Assembly (NCBI GenBank): GCA_904063045.1
Contig: CAJFCJ010000007.1
Location: forward strand, 2,363,404 to 2,427,403
DNA: 64,000 bases
Source: Dimorphilus gyrociliatus
Lineage: Eukaryota; Animalia; Annelida
Direction of reading: 5' to 3'
Made by a program: the position numbers and the translations under genes
In this document: piece after piece, positions 38,258 through 53,278 of the stretch
Layout: each line of letters begins with the position of its first letter
How positions within the stretch are numbered: position 1 is the stretch's first letter
Notes under the pieces: generated by a model
The model's input: only the letters and a program-made list of their open reading frames with translations
What the model was told of the DNA's origin: nothing
Databases searched by the model: none

Positions 38258-40085
38258 TTACATAACTGAAGGAATGCTGTGTTCTTCCGGTATGTCGGCT
38301 GTCATATCGTGTTCTCTTAAGCCTTCACTAACAGGTCCCTTATCAAGAAGAGATAGCATAGCTTTCGCTTCAGGATCTTTATCCAGAATACTTTGTTTAA
38401 TTTCTTCGTCACTCTAAATAGTTAGATGAGAATATACAGTATTTCTATTATATTTTACTAGAACGTATGATTACCTCATTTCCATTATTATAGACCTTAG
38501 GTTTACTCACACTCCAAACTTCTAGAATATCGATTTCAAATTCATCTTCAGCTGATAATTGAGGACTTTTAAAAGTTGTCGACGAGGGTTTGGCTTTGCT
38601 ATGTCCTTTACCAAAATCTGAATCTAACCACAAGCCGAAATATTTCAGTTGGCCTCCCATTCCCTATTTTTAATAACATATAGCTTTAATAATTGGATTT
38701 AATTATATAAATTACTGACGAATCCGTTGGGCATCGTTTCTTGGTGTTGATTGAAGTAAACGAAATGCGAGTTGAAACCAGACGAAGTGTATATGGCAAA
38801 ATCAGGACTGAGAGTAAACAGGAAACTACTATCATCACCTAAAATATCGAATAAATAAAAAGAATTACAAGAACTATATAGTTTTTCTTAATTTACGAAA
38901 TTACCAAAAAAACTAGGTCCAATGCTTAAGTTTGTTGAAGTATAGCCACCAAAAATATGACCACGAGTATCTTTTACTATAAGTATACACGGGCCTTTAT
39001 CAACAACATTTTTGACAAAAGTAGAAAAACTTTGACCGTGAACTTCACTGTTGAATAATAATGTCCACCTTTTAGTCATATTCATAGGTAAATGTTGCAT
39101 AAGTAGAGTTAAACTTGAAAGTGTTAATTGTGTTCTAAATTTTGACCAATTAACATCATTGGCACATGGTAATTGAAAACGTTCGGAAGGTGTTAAGTCC
39201 ATATCGCTGAGTCCTTCACTCTAAGAATATGCAAAAGTGTATGTGATAAATATGCAACATACTTTCTTTGAAATAACTACCTCCGAGTTTAAGACTGTTT
39301 TAAATACATAATCACAAATTTTTAATAATATTGGAGAATGTCGTAGACAATCTTCAACTTCAGAGAGAATTAAATGTAACTCTGGATTGTTGCCTGAAAG
39401 TTTTTTTATACGAAAATAAATAGAACACATTTAAGAATAATTGATTTAAATTTACCTTGTAAGCTGCTCAACAAATATCGGCTGAAAGTTCTATAGTCTG
39501 AATTGGAATTGAATGTCCAACTTGTATAATCGCCTCGTAGTTCCATACATTTTTCGTAAGAAAGAAGTAGTTCCGTTGTTATCTAGTTTATGATTATTAT
39601 TGGTTAGGTAAACGATACGTAAAGTTCGTAAGATGTAACCTTTTCCAGAGAATGTTTTGTTATACTTTTGGAACATGCTAGGCTGAATAATTTTGCTTTG
39701 TCTGATGCTGATCCTTTTGTTGCATAATATAAGAAAATGACGAAGGCCTCTTCGTCAATATTTACGGTTTCTTCTCGTCCAAATATAATGTTCGAACAGG
39801 CGTTAAATAGGTTATTAGATAAATCTTTCGTTAAAGTTTTCTCAGTGAATTTCTGAAATTAGACTGTCTATAATACTCTTTTTTATTCAAACACAATTAT
39901 AAATTGCTGTAATTATTACGCAATAAAGGGTGTAAAAAGATTACCTGGAAATCAGTCTCCGAGTAACTACTTTTTTCACTTCCGCTTATTTTGCGAAACA
40001 GGTCTCTGGCTGCTTGTAGTTCACTTAACGTAAAATACTGGATAGCATCCTCGTATTCTTGACTTTTACTTGTTTTTCCTCCCAT
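38258..40085 (-). CDS. MEAK7: TLDc-domain protein MEAK7/TLDC1
   Basis: N-myristoylation-like start MGGKTSK; WTLLFNSEVHGQSFSTF, KGPCILIVKDTRGHIFGGY; GMGGQLKYFGLWLDSDFGKGHS; tail SILDKDPEAKAML...SEGLRE. Confidence 0.92.
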
Positions 40086-40640
40086 TTTGAAAATGTTCAA
40101 TGATCACTGATTTATATACTTACGATATTCAATAAAACACTCTGCTTCGTAAGTGTAAACTGGTATGATCGTAATAATAAAAGAGAGAACTTTATTGCAA
40201 ACATTACTTCACCTTTGATATGTAAAATCTGATTAATGTGGAAACTCATTTCACATTATATGAGTCGTTTGAATAAAAATTAAATTAAAATAAAAATAAA
40301 AGAAACAATAAAGCCTATGCAAAAGTATTAAAATTGATTATATCCTTTCTGTCAGTCTTGAATTCATTTTTTTTCAAGTTATATTTATAATAAAATTAAA
40401 CAATTAACATTGGGATTAGTTATCATTTGTCGACCGAGGACGACAAAGGTGACCTTTAAAATTATTGACAATTCAGAAAATAATCTTAAAGAGGATGAAC
40501 AAGTATAATTAAATAGAACTATGGCATCACAACTAAAGATTCCTGCAATTGTTTTCATAAAAAGCTTTATTAACAAAGCTCGTACAATATATACATTCAA
40601 AAATAAACAAAGTACCCAGGAACCACATAACGCTGGGCTT

Positions 40641-43600
40641 TTATAAGAGATTAGAATTGTCAGATAGCTCATAGCGAATGTTGTCGTCCGAGTCTTCAGT
40701 TTCCCACTCTGTGTTACTATTGGACTCTTCTAATCCCATTTCATCCCAGTTGAATTCTTCTGAATCTGTATCAGGCGTCATTGGAAGATCGCTTTCGGAA
40801 CCTGCTGAATATAAAACGAAAATATACAAATTATTATCTTGAAAATTTTAGTGACAAATACTAGAAAGTGAATCCAGGATATTACCGTCATTAATGTCAA
40901 TATCGCTACCAAAATCGCTTCCTTCTTCTTCTTTATCTTCGTCCTCTTCCTCCTTAACAGTAACTCCGCCTATATCTGCTAATTTCACTTCTTTTAAGTC
41001 ATTCTCTCTATCCGTTGACCAGACAACAAATGCTGCTGTTAAATCCCTATCATCTATAGCAACATCGTCAGCATAGGTAGAAAGATCAACGCTTCCAAGC
41101 TGATCGTAATATTTAGCATCATACACTTTAAAAGCATGAGTTTTCTTTTTTTCTTCATTGTCATCATCAATTTCGCAACTTGAAGATAAGCAATACATAG
41201 CATCTCCTTGGCTATTGAATCTGAAAAGAAAGCGATAAAATAAGTTTATTGCAGTATTACAAAGTCAAATATTATACCTAAATTGACATGACTCCAACTC
41301 GGGAATAATCTTTACTAAATTGAATGTCCTCATATCCCATATTTCAGAATTCAGTATTAGTTCCACATTATTAGGATTACAAACTCCATATGAATTCTTT
41401 GATAACTTATCAAATTTATGTATTATTTTTCCAGCACGGGTGTCAAAAAGCATTCCTTCAAATAGTATCATTTTGTCGTCAGGAGAAAATGAAGGAGCCG
41501 ATCGTGTGTAGAATGAATTTAAAGAATCAGCATGATATATTTTTAATATCTTTTTACTGGTATTTATATCATATATATAAGCATTGTCATAGTATGCACA
41601 AACTGCCTTTTTGCCACAATAACTCCATTGAAATGTTTCTGTTTCATCTAACTGAAATTTTTCTCTAGGTATTCCAGTATTATCATAGCACAAAACAGCT
41701 GATCTTCCATCACTAACGGTTGCAAACAATTTATCATTTACTGGATTGGATATAATACTTTCAATTGAGGATCCAAGTGATTCTACCTTCCATATTTCTC
41801 TCATATTAGAAGTTTGATAACCTTTAATATATAATATTTTTCAATATCATATTCGGAGAAATATAAATGTTTTAAGACTTACCTTTCAAAAAGCCTCCCT
41901 GAGTTCCTAAACATAACTCAGTAGATCCTTTAACAAAGCCACAGGAACTGAATATATCCTCTTGATTGATCATTCCGTCCTGTTCTTCTGTTGAAAAATG
42001 ATGGAAAAATCTTAGTCGATTCCATTTCCAAGTTCTTTCATGTCTTCGCAAGTTCTTTTTATAACATCTAAGAGTACCACCCGAGCGTCTATCATTTAAT
42101 CTTAAAGTGATATTTAAATCGGAATCCATCAAGTGTTTGTTTGCAATAGGGCATGAATGAGGTCGTGAAAAATTAAAAGGCGGGCAGGTATGCATGGGTT
42201 TCTTACATTCAGCATGTTGTTTTTCTAGATAATCCATTACAACATCTTGTAACCTCATACTAACTGGTGTTTGAGATGATGTTCTTCGAATGGGAGAAGA
42301 TTCGTATAACTTTGTAGATGGAGAGAGAAATTTTTCAACTATTTTTAATTTCCTGACTGGTTTTGGCATATTTTCTTGATTGAATTTGTCATCGTCTGCA
42401 TCATTTTTCAAAGATTTAACTATCGATTTCTGGGAGTTTTCGTCGGAATCCGTTCTTTCTCTTGAGTTCTCTTCTTGAGAGTTCATCAAATCACCTAAAT
42501 CTGATAATTTTTTTGTCATTTTTGACGGTTTTGTTTCTCTTTTGTTTGGTATATCTTCCAATTCAGATACTTTTAGTAGTTTTCTTTCGTCGAGACACAC
42601 TTGTTTTGAAAGCTTTTCTGATTTCTTTGATTTTCGTTCTTTTTCCTCTAACTTAGGTGTATTGGATTCCAACTGATATTTTACGAATTCGTCCATCTTA
42701 TCCAAAACTTTATGTTTTTTTTCTTTTTCTTCAGTTTGTAGTGCTGTTACCGTTTTCTGAAAGCCTTTTTCTTTTAAAAACTTGTGTATTAAAGGTAACA
42801 GCTCGTTGTCATCAAAAGTCACGTGAGTTTTGGAACGTTTCTTTTTTCCGTCATCCAAACATTTTAAGAGTTTTTTCACTGATTCATCGAACTTTTTATA
42901 TTGACCTTTGTAATCTAAATTGGCAGCATTTTCAGTAATTTGCTTTAAATTATCTTTAAATAAAGGCAGTTTAATTAGAATTTGCTTAATCGAAGAACAT
43001 CTTGATAGTCCAATAAAACATTTAACAACAAGAGTTTGCAGAGCTAAGTTAGTTTCGTCGGTATGATTGATCGCTTCCAAGTACTGGGACAAGCAAAAAA
43101 TTCCTGCATTATCTCGAAAAGCTTGCCACATCTTTTGGAGAATTTCGAATTTGGGTTTTTTAGGTGTTGGAGTTGACTTTAGTTTTTTCTTTGGTGTTAT
43201 ACCATATCTCATTACATGATATGAACCAGCTTTAACCGGAGATGAGACACAATTTTTTATAAGAGATAAAGCTGCTTTTCGAACCTCAAAATTATCATGT
43301 TCATGTTCCACTTCCCTGTAGAAAATTGCAATCATAAAGTGAATATAATTGAAATTATTTGTTTTGCTTACCTATTGTCAATTAAACCAAAAAGAACAGC
43401 AAACGCATTCTTATACGAGTCATCCTCAGAAGTATTATTTAGCATGGTCAATTGAGCTCTCAAAACAGTTGAACAAACAGATAAAATTTCAATTAGACAA
43501 GTTAGTACTTCATCTCTTCTGGCATAGTCACTCCAATCAGCTACGGCAGTTAGTAGGCGGCACAAGTTATCTATATGACCATTACTTATTAATTCGTAAA

Positions 43601-45270
43601 TAGGTGTCCACCTAGCCTTTAAAGGTAGCTCATTTTGAAGAAATTCAATCTGTTCCTCAACAGCCTCAGAACTCAGGTCAATGGGTTTGTTGTAAGGCAA
43701 ATCGGGAATAGATTCTGATCTATCGTTTCGTGATTTCTGACGTTCCAACTGGTTGACTCGAATAGCTAAATGAGTCTGCACATAACTCTTTAGAGCTTGG
43801 AGAACCTGCTCAATAGCTTGTTGAAGTACGTCCATTTCATCTTGTTTTTCGGGATTGAATGCATGTTCTAGTGTTGAAAAAATGGTGAAACTTCTTAAGT
43901 ATTTTATGAAATTTCTATATGCAATATTTTTAATATTTTGCTTTTTACCAACCTTTAAGGGTGCTTAACAAATTCAACAGAGTTCTCAATCCTCCAAACT
44001 GATCAAACTGATCTAAAAAGTATCTAAATGAAAAAGCTGATTGCAGGAACATAGCTGAGTAAACTTTTGCAGATAGATGTAGCTTATCCATTGCTGATAA
44101 AGTATAGTCGAGTATCTGTCTTACTAATGTTCTATTAGGTACAGTGCATAGTGTCCGTAGAATATCTTGGAAAGAGCAGGTATAATATATGCAACATGGA
44201 ACCATAGTGGCAGCCGTTGATGGAATAGGAACATCCAACAGTTGCACAAGATAGTCAACCACTGAACTGGCAATCTTTTTATGACATAGTAAGCAACTAA
44301 GTACTTTTAAACCATCTAAGACAAGTCCAATATCCTTATCTGCCATATTTATATAATTAAACACTATTTGAATAATATCTTTTTCAAGTAATATCCCAAC
44401 AACATCCTGATATTCAGAGACAGGCGCCATAAATCTAAATAAAAGAAAAAATCATGAGATTAATAAATAATTGAATAATAAAAATTCAATAACAAACTTT
44501 AACAGGAGCCTTTGTTTCATACTATCACTTAATGGAGCATGTAAACTAAATTCTGGAACCATTAGTGCCTTCTGCTCTAGCCATGACGAATTCGAATGTT
44601 CAGCATCAATTATGTAGGGTTTTACTTTTGGTGAAGACGATATTGGTTTAGAGCTGGATGATTTTCCAAACATTGCAAATGGTCTTTCAATTTTGACTCT
44701 TTTATTTGGTGGCTCACAATTTTCTATGTTTCCCTGTAAACTCTTTAATCTGTTTACAGCGAGCTTTATTAAAGAAATTGTCTCATCTCGAAATGTTGCA
44801 AAGAGATTTGAATCTGTTATGTAAATACTCAAAAATGCAGTTGTAAAATAAGAAATCACTGGCCTATCTTCTAAAGATGTTTTAAAGAGCTTTTTTACTA
44901 GTCTTTCACACTTTTCGTCTTTAATCATTAGTTCATGATCTAAAGCAGGCATCAGCATGATGCTAACACAAGACGCTGCTATAAGAACCTCTTCGTCATT
45001 TTCATTGTCAAGGACATAGTTTGTATATATGCTATTCATGAAATCATCTTCCTTTGTCAAATATTCTAACATAGAGGCATATAATGATTCTTTTTTAATT
45101 TTCAAGGGGTGTCTTTCATCATTCGGATCGGGATCCATTTTCAAATAACTAAGGTAATGTTCTTGCAGTATATTTCCTATAGATTTTAAACATTTCAAGT
45201 AGCCATCTCTATTTTCTCTAGAGTTCTTCCATTCTTCTAACACATTTTGAAGAGCTTGAACTGCAGACAT
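40641..45270 (-). CDS. DCAF1: DDB1- and CUL4-associated factor 1 (VprBP): ARM-like, LisH, WD40, acidic tail; divergent
   Basis: MDPDPNDERHP; LisH LLPLIHKFLKEKGFQKTVTALQTE; VMDYLEKQHAECKKPMHTCPPFNFSRPHSCP; FSPDDKMILFEGMLFD; HKFDK; NPNNVELILNSEIWDMRTF; D/E-rich tail. Confidence 0.92.
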
Positions 45271-46647
45271 TCTGAAATTTTGTATAAATTTATTCTGAAA
45301 GAATACAAGTATTGCGGGGATTTAAACGGCGAAGTTTCCACCGGAATGTTAAACGTTCGATAAAAAAGAATCAATGTCAAAATTTAACTGAAGTCAAAGC
45401 TTCAAGAGTCAATTTCAATAAAAAAAGTTTAAGTGTCTGTTAACTACAAAAAATAGTGAATAACTACTCAGAAGAACAGTAAATTAATATATCGAGTAGT
45501 CACATGTCGCTTTATTATCGCTCATAAAGTTTGGTCATTGTGCAATCAAAAAAAATTTGATCTATAATAGGCAGATTTTTGATACACACGTGAAGCGAAA
45601 ATGATATTCGGTATCCTGTTAGTCAGCTTCGGATACAGTTATTATTATTTCGTTGATTTCTAACAGATATAGCCAAATTCAGCTCAAATAAAATGAATGC
45701 ACTCCATGTTATTCTTCTCGTACTTTTGAACAGTAGTGACATCTGTTGATAGAAAAAATTCAAATTAAAAGGTAGAGGGAGAGATTATACAAACACTATG
45801 ATTTCTATTAATTGAAAGGAAAGAGTCTGACATAAATTCAAATTTTATTCCAAATATCCACCCTTCCTTATTAACTGTGCAAACAATGTCTTCTATTTAT
45901 CTAATCTGATTAATAATTCAAAAATATACTTTTGTAGTCTAAGCTCACAGTATAAATGGACTAAATTTAAATGAAAAGAATTTCTAATTCGGTAGAAAAG
46001 ATAATAATACTCTATTGAGCATAAACAAAAAAAGACAGTTATAGGAATAATATGGCATAATGTATATAATATTTTTGATTAACAGTTACAATTAGTAGCT
46101 TTATTATACTTATTGATAAAGATGACAGCTACTCGAATTATTGTTATAAATCTGCATAAAAAAAGAAGCTATTGAAATTATTCATATACTGTATATAAAT
46201 AAATATAAATATATATATATATTTATACAATATATGCAGTGTAGAGAATACTATATGCTGCTTTGTCAGGAAATACAATTATTCTATAATATTTGCAGTA
46301 AAGATGAGTCATTTTCTATTATGTTTAAGGATAAAATATTATCCTCCATTTCTTTTTCTATATTAAACTTCCATATAAATAATATTAAAAAAGATGAAAA
46401 ATTCTAATAATAAACGGTTATAATTGAGCTGTGATATCGACGTATATTAATTTATACTGTATTTATGTAGTATACTATATACTGTATGTATATAGAACGC
46501 AATAGAATATTCCTCTGAAGTTTATATATAAGCTACATGCTTGCTATCATTCATTCAAAATAACAGTTTTATATTTAACCTGTCATAATATTTTTTCTAA
46601 AAGTATTTTCAAATTATTAAACAACAACACTAAGACTTTTTTTTAGT

Positions 46648-47436
46648 ATGTACTACTTTGAGCTTGTCCTTTTTCAAATTTATTTTGCAGTATTGCAGTT
46701 GGTTTATAGTTGTAAATAATATATAGATTATATTATTTGTTATATTGTATAAATCTATATAAAATAATATTTTTCTTTCTTATTTGTATAGTAATAACAG
46801 AAGTCGATATCTTTTCAAAATTAACTTGTGAAGGTACAAAAACGGATATAGATTGTGGGGTTGGATATGTTATTTCTATTCAAAAAGCCTCATTTGGAAG
46901 GAATATAATGGTTAATAAAAACAAGTGTCATCCACAAAATAAAGAATATATAGAAATGAGGTATAAAATTTTTATCTATGATTAATAAATGCATAATTGA
47001 TGAAAGTTAATTAATTAATGAATAAATTAGTTGTATGAAAGACGCAACTAACGCTATGAGAAATCTATGTGATAGAAGACAAAGTTGCGATGAATTAATA
47101 AATAGGAGATTGTTTAATCGATCTAAATGGCTAACTAATCATCGTTGTCCCGAAGATGTATATTCATATGTCTATTATGATTTTAAATGTGATTGTAAGA
47201 AGTGTTATATAAGACATTATATTTTTTTTTATTATATAAAACAGCATTATTTAAATCCCTTTAAAGATGTTCAAGAGTCACTTGCTTGTGAGAATAATCA
47301 TCTAATGATTTACTGCCCTGACTATCATTATCTTAATCTCGTCTCGGTTGTATTCGGAAGAGTTGAAATTGATAAATGTATGACAAAGAGTGATACGCCG
47401 ATATCAAGTCAAGAATTTAGCCCGTAAGTATACAGT

Positions 47437-47483
<47 letters not shown>

Positions 47484-49183
47484 GTAATAATAACTATAAA
47501 GTTCGATTATACCGAAAAGCAAATTATTACTTTTCCAGTTGTGGCTCCGATACAAAGAAAATTTGGGAAATTGTAGGTAAAAAATGCCAAGGAGAGGAAT
47601 GGTGTAGGATAAAAGCTAGTAGAGATACTTTGAACTCTTGGACAAGTAATACATGCAAGCCTGAATGGAAGATTTATCTTTTAGTGAAATATTCATGTAA
47701 AAGTAAGATGTTCTATTTTCATTATTAATGATAATTATTTGCGTAAACATTAGTTAGAGCTCATGGTGGAACAGCCACTGCTTGTTATAATAATGCAAAA
47801 CAAATAAAATGCAATAGAAGAGAGATGTCAATTACTGTAATTAATTCGTATTTCGCTAGATTCACTGAAAGTGACCCTTTTTGCGAACCAAAAGGCATTA
47901 AAAACTTTTATAAACCATGCCAAGCTAATTCGAACTTTACACTGATGAAGATAAATGAACTTTGCAGCATGAAATCAACTTGTGGTCTGGAAAATTTCGG
48001 TGAATTCGATAAGGGATTTCCCGAGTTCAGTATGCATAAATTCCGCAAATGTACGATAAGAGATAAACCTTTCTTAACGGTCGATTACCTTTGTAGTTGT
48101 AAGTCTTTTTAATATTTTGGATTCTTTTTTATCTACTTTTCTTTTTTGGTTTTGTCTCAGATGTTTTCATGTTAAATATATGTTTTAACAAAGTAAGGAA
48201 AGTTAAATGTCCCAAAGATCAAGTAATTCGATTAAATTTCGCTACATTTGGCCGACATCGCCTAAAGACGTGTAATCCTTATGAAAATCTTGCGCAAGAT
48301 CTGCAAGATTATGAAGATTTATCCATTTTTGAGCGTCAGTTAGTAAAAACCACACCCCCGATATATTTTCACATGGAAAATTGATAAAAATCTTAAATCT
48401 ACACAGCTGCGAAACGAATACAACGGAAATAAGTCAAATTGTTAGCGAACAATGCGAAGGAAAGAATTCTTGCGTCCTTAAAGCATCTTTAAACGAATAT
48501 AGTAGAAACAATATATTAGGACGGGATCATAAAAAGTGTACATCTGCTATACGCCCCTATCTCTTCGTTAAATATACTTGCGAAAGTTTTTAGTTCTATC
48601 ATTTAATAGGAAAATAATACTAATATACGCGTAGTATATTTCAGACAACGATTGTAATAAATTAGAGAAAGAGGCTCTAAACAAGTTATCCTCTTGTCTA
48701 TCATCTAAGTGGACTTATTGCGATGAAATAAAATCGAAAAGATGTGAAATAGAAGCAATATGGGATATAGGTGATAAGAAAGCGTGTAATAAAAAGAGAG
48801 AAAGTTTAATAAAAATGGCTAAATTGATTATATATGAGAGAAGGATTGATAAATGTTAGCTTTTAACTCATTCCTAACATTAAAAACTTTATAGTTTTTC
48901 CTATTTTCTTATCTTTTTCTTCATTTTTCTTAACATATATTAATAAATAAAATAAAATTATTCGTTTCTCCCTTTAGGCAATACTGATGAATGTGGCAAA
49001 ACCCTAAAGATTCTTACTGATGAAACATTCGCAATATATCTAAATATTTCTACAACAATTAATGAATTGGTTATAAATAAGAAAAGATGTGATTTTATAA
49101 GAAGCTATCAAAATTCTTATAATTTATTAAAGGAAAAGGAATATTGCTTTCTAGGTTGGCTCATAAATAAATGGACTATATTA
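46648..49183 (+). CDS. Secreted protein with four tandem SUEL/galactose-rhamnose-binding lectin domains plus an unrecognised Cys-containing C-terminal region
   Basis: Signal peptide MYYFELVLFQIYFAVLQLVYS (46648-46711); four repeats of C-x8-9-C...(F)GR...C...C.....C...Y/FL.V.Y.C (TCEG..ASFGR; ACEN..VVFGR; ACYN..SYFAR; ICFN..ATFGR); splice phases checked by eye. 3' end less certain. Confidence 0.8.
47441..47476. repeat. (AT)n microsatellite in lectin intron
   Basis: About 18 AT units read directly. Confidence 0.95.
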
Positions 49184-50077
49184 AAAAGATTTGTAAAGGA
49201 AAATAAAAAGAAATTAATCGATTCTTGTTAGTTTGATTAGCCGTAAAGAAAAAATCTATTTCCACTAAAATTTATACTTTATTTGATGTTTTCTTTATTT
49301 TTTCTTTATTCAAGGTAATGCATATTATCAGACGAAATCTTCTAAAGCTTATTCTAATGGTAGTAGTAGTTTATATTAATTACTTGGAATTAGTATAATA
49401 TATTTTTTAATTGGTTTTAGGCTTAAATCAACAATTTATTATTCTACTTGTATTAAGGTTATTGGTTTGACCGGGGAAGAGGAATGAACGATTAAACTTT
49501 TAAAGTTTTTCTGCATATTATCTTGTTTATTTAAACAGTAATATATGATTAATTATATCAGTTTCATTTCACTCTCTCTCTCTTTCTCTTTCTTTCTTTC
49601 TTTCTTTTTTTTTCTTCCTTTTCTATCTAGATTTATTATTTCTTGATGATAGTAGTATAACTAAGTAAAGCTCTAAATTTTGTTTTCTACATTTCCTTTG
49701 TCTAAAAAAAAGACAATATAAATCTAAATGAGTTAATTAATAGCTTTTAAGTATGTATTTATGTTTGGTGTTACCTTATTTATAACTGGCAATTTTCTCT
49801 GGGTAGTCTACGACGATCTATACAGCAAACCTGAAAGGGGGATATTGATAAAAATGGATTTCTCATTAATAATTTCGATTAGTGCTTAACGTACAATACA
49901 GGCTAGCAAACTTTGTCATTAAAACTAGCATTTTTTAACAAACGTTTAATGATAATTCCCCAATAATTTATTATCAATTTAATCGATTTTAATGAATATT
50001 TATAAAAGAAAATATAAAATTACCCTTATTGACCCCTACTTCTCAATCAGCTAAACGACTGCTTAGCTAACCGGTTA

Positions 50078-52900
50078 TTATTTCGATAGTATATCGGTAC
50101 TAAATTTATACGAGATGAAATACAAACCGGCAACACAAGCCGTAAGGAAACAAGCAATGTTACCGGCTATCATTGCTCGAACCACAATCTTCGTAAATGC
50201 TCTCGTTCTCTTTGGAGCTAAATTTTGCATAACCGCTAAGGAACAGCCAATTGATGCTACGTTAGAAAATCCACATAATGCGTAGGTCGAAATTACAATA
50301 GATCTGTTCTGTAAAATAAAAGAAATATCACTTGAATTTTACTGTATAATTAAACGTTAAATTGCTATTTGTAAATATCAGATTACTTGTAATAGGCCTC
50401 CGACAAGCGTGACATTGGTCTGATCGGTAGTTGTAACGATAAGATCTTGGCCTTGGTAATATATAGGTGGTCCAGACATGCTTTGATTTGCGAATTGTGT
50501 CGTTATGTTCGAGTATAGGTCCACGTTTTTAATATAAGATTCAAGGTCTTACATAATAAAAAGGATTTAACGAGAATTTGTAACAAAATTTAGATTATTA
50601 AATTTTATACTTTTGTACGCTATAAATTCATTTAAAAACGTCTTAACTCCAATTAGCGACGCTACTTTCCGTGCATCCGAAGGAATAACTCCCATCATCA
50701 CGACAACAGGATAAAACAGGTAAGAACAAAGAAACTGAAATCATTAACAATTTAGCTCTTTAGTTATTTAATTAGCAAGAGAAACTCGACCAGATCGTAC
50801 TTGAAAAGTTATACTTTCGTACTCTGGCGGAACCATACCAATCCTTTCTCCAAACCATGATAAGATATTATTAATTAATTGAAGGAGAGCAGTGAATGCA
50901 ATTAAATTTACAATTATTGTTGCAACCATTGTAATACTATCTAAAGCACCTCTAGACGCTGCTTCCAAAACGTTCTTGGAATCTCTATAATAGGATTGAT
51001 GAATCGTTAAAGAATTCCATTAGCAGATATTTGGCACTAACCCTTTAGACATTATATTATCAGCACTATCAGCCTTTGTTTTGCTTTTTAAAGTTTCGGG
51101 ATAGAATAGTTTAGAAATAGCTAATGCTGCAGGTGCACTCATAACAGACGCCGAAAGGAGATGGTTAGCAGGAACCTTATTGGATTTTTCAAAGGAAAAT
51201 AATTAGGAAAGAATATAGAAAATAGAAAATTTTATAATATATTCATACTCCAAACGTTATATAGGCGCCCATAACTGAACCAGCAATAGTCGCAAATCCT
51301 CCAGTCATAACGGAATGCAACTCTGAACGGGTCATGTGCTCTAAAAGCGGTTTAATAATTAGTGGAACTTCAGTTTGGCCTATAAATATATTTGCAGCTG
51401 CAGTGAGACTTTCACCAGTCGTAGTTCCCATCGTTTTCTAAAAATAAAAGTAAATTATAATCTTTTTTTTTACCATGTTTTATTAAACTTTTATACAGTT
51501 TACGCATGTAGAAAAAATACGCCCACCTATCCTTTCCCTTTCCCCTATATTTTTTTATATATACCTGCATAACGTAAGCCACAGCCTTGATCCCGATTTG
51601 TAATATTCCCAAGTAATATAGGATTGATATACATGTCGAAAAGAATACAATAACTGGCATGACTTTGAAAGCAATTAGATGATTATAATATAAATCGCCA
51701 AATACAAATTTGGAGCCGGCGTTTGTATTATCAATAAACGCTTGTATTTTTCCAGCAATCCATCTACAGGTCAAAAGGGTTAGGTAAGAGATAGTCTGTC
51801 TAAATTGAATTGATAAATTACTCAATTGTTTTATAACCAGCTGAAGTTCTTAGAATTAAGACTGCGAAAATTGCCTGAAGAGCAATTCCCCATAAAACTG
51901 GTCTCCAATTGACTTTAACCGGGTTATATGAGAATATATACGATATAAGTACAAAGAAAAGAATACCAGCTCCGGAAATCAAATTGTAATATTCTTTTGA
52001 TCTGATAATGTCTCTTAGGACGAATATCAACCAACTACAATAGATAACAGCTAGAATCAACCTTTAAAAGTAAAATTGTCTTTTGTTAATCGTTCAAGTT
52101 TACTAATAACAATAATGATATGAACCAATTAAATTTGCTTTTATGCTTAGATAGTTTATCCCCTAAGGTTGTACAACATCTGCAGCATTCCTTAAATTTC
52201 TTAAAGTAATCATCCTTAGGCTTACACCTTTTCCATAAAATCTTGTATATTACAAATATAAATATTAGAATAGATAAAACTAGCAGAGTAACAGATTCCT
52301 TATCACCAAACTGCAACGAATGTAGGATCATATTAGTAAACCTATACTAGTATGTATACATTGTATATAGAGTATTTATAGAACATTTATAAATACTTAC
52401 TTGGTACCTGAATGCAAAAATCAAGTAGACAATGTATGCCAAAAGGATTATGGTATTTACCGCTAAAAAGATCGTTTGCTTATTCTTAAGATAGAACATC
52501 ATCAGCTTAGTTTGCGATATCTCTATGATTCGAACAAAAGCGTTGTTCGGTTCATCATCCTGATATTCAAAACCTGATTTTCGTCTTTTTAATTTTTTTA
52601 CCGACATTTTCCTAGAACTTCTTCTCCGAAAGATTTCTCTCTCTTCCCTCTCTCCGTCCGACTCGTTTGATTCATTTGCGCTGGCCCTTCCATTTTTCGC
52701 TTTGCCTGCGATGTCATCCATTTCAATACGTTCCTCTATTTCAGCATCCTTGATGCGAACTCCGTATACCTGGAAAGGATATACAGTAATTGTTTATAAA
52801 AGCTTCAACTTTCCTCTTTCATTTCAAAAACTGTATTAACCTTATGACTTTCGTCGTTCGAAAGGATGCTTTTTCTTTTGAAGCTCGACTGATTGGACAT
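50078..52900 (-). CDS. SLC28A: Concentrative nucleoside transporter, paralog A
   Basis: [23 protein letters not shown]; FAFK-like [14 protein letters not shown]; [15 protein letters not shown]; [10 protein letters not shown]; TYALCGFSN; [14 protein letters not shown]. Confidence 0.95.
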
Positions 52901-53278
52901 TATGCTCTTGGATAAGCAACTGCAAATGAATGGACCACCATATTTCGGTTATAATAGCTGTTTAGGCCTTCATAGATTAACTTATAGCCTTTTCAATGTT
53001 GTGCGTACTGATACTATATTAAATGACCCATTAAGTCAGAAACAATTACATATACCATGAAAACAAAAAATACTGTATTCACTTCGATACTAGATAAAAA
53101 CTCATGTCTAAAAGAACTATATCAAACAATTCATATAGCTTATATTTGTAGTGCCAGTAAAACGATTTTTCACTATTATTTAATCGCTTTATTAGTTAAT
53201 TTAAACTAATTATTGTAATGTCCATATTTATCCAAAATTCATGTTGCATTTGCTGTCACATCTTATATGGAAGTTCAT

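Noticed and set aside
25904-40085. Apparent mTOR-related clustering (4E-BP-like gene, MEAK7)
   Set aside because: Separated by many unrelated genes; expected by chance in a dense genome
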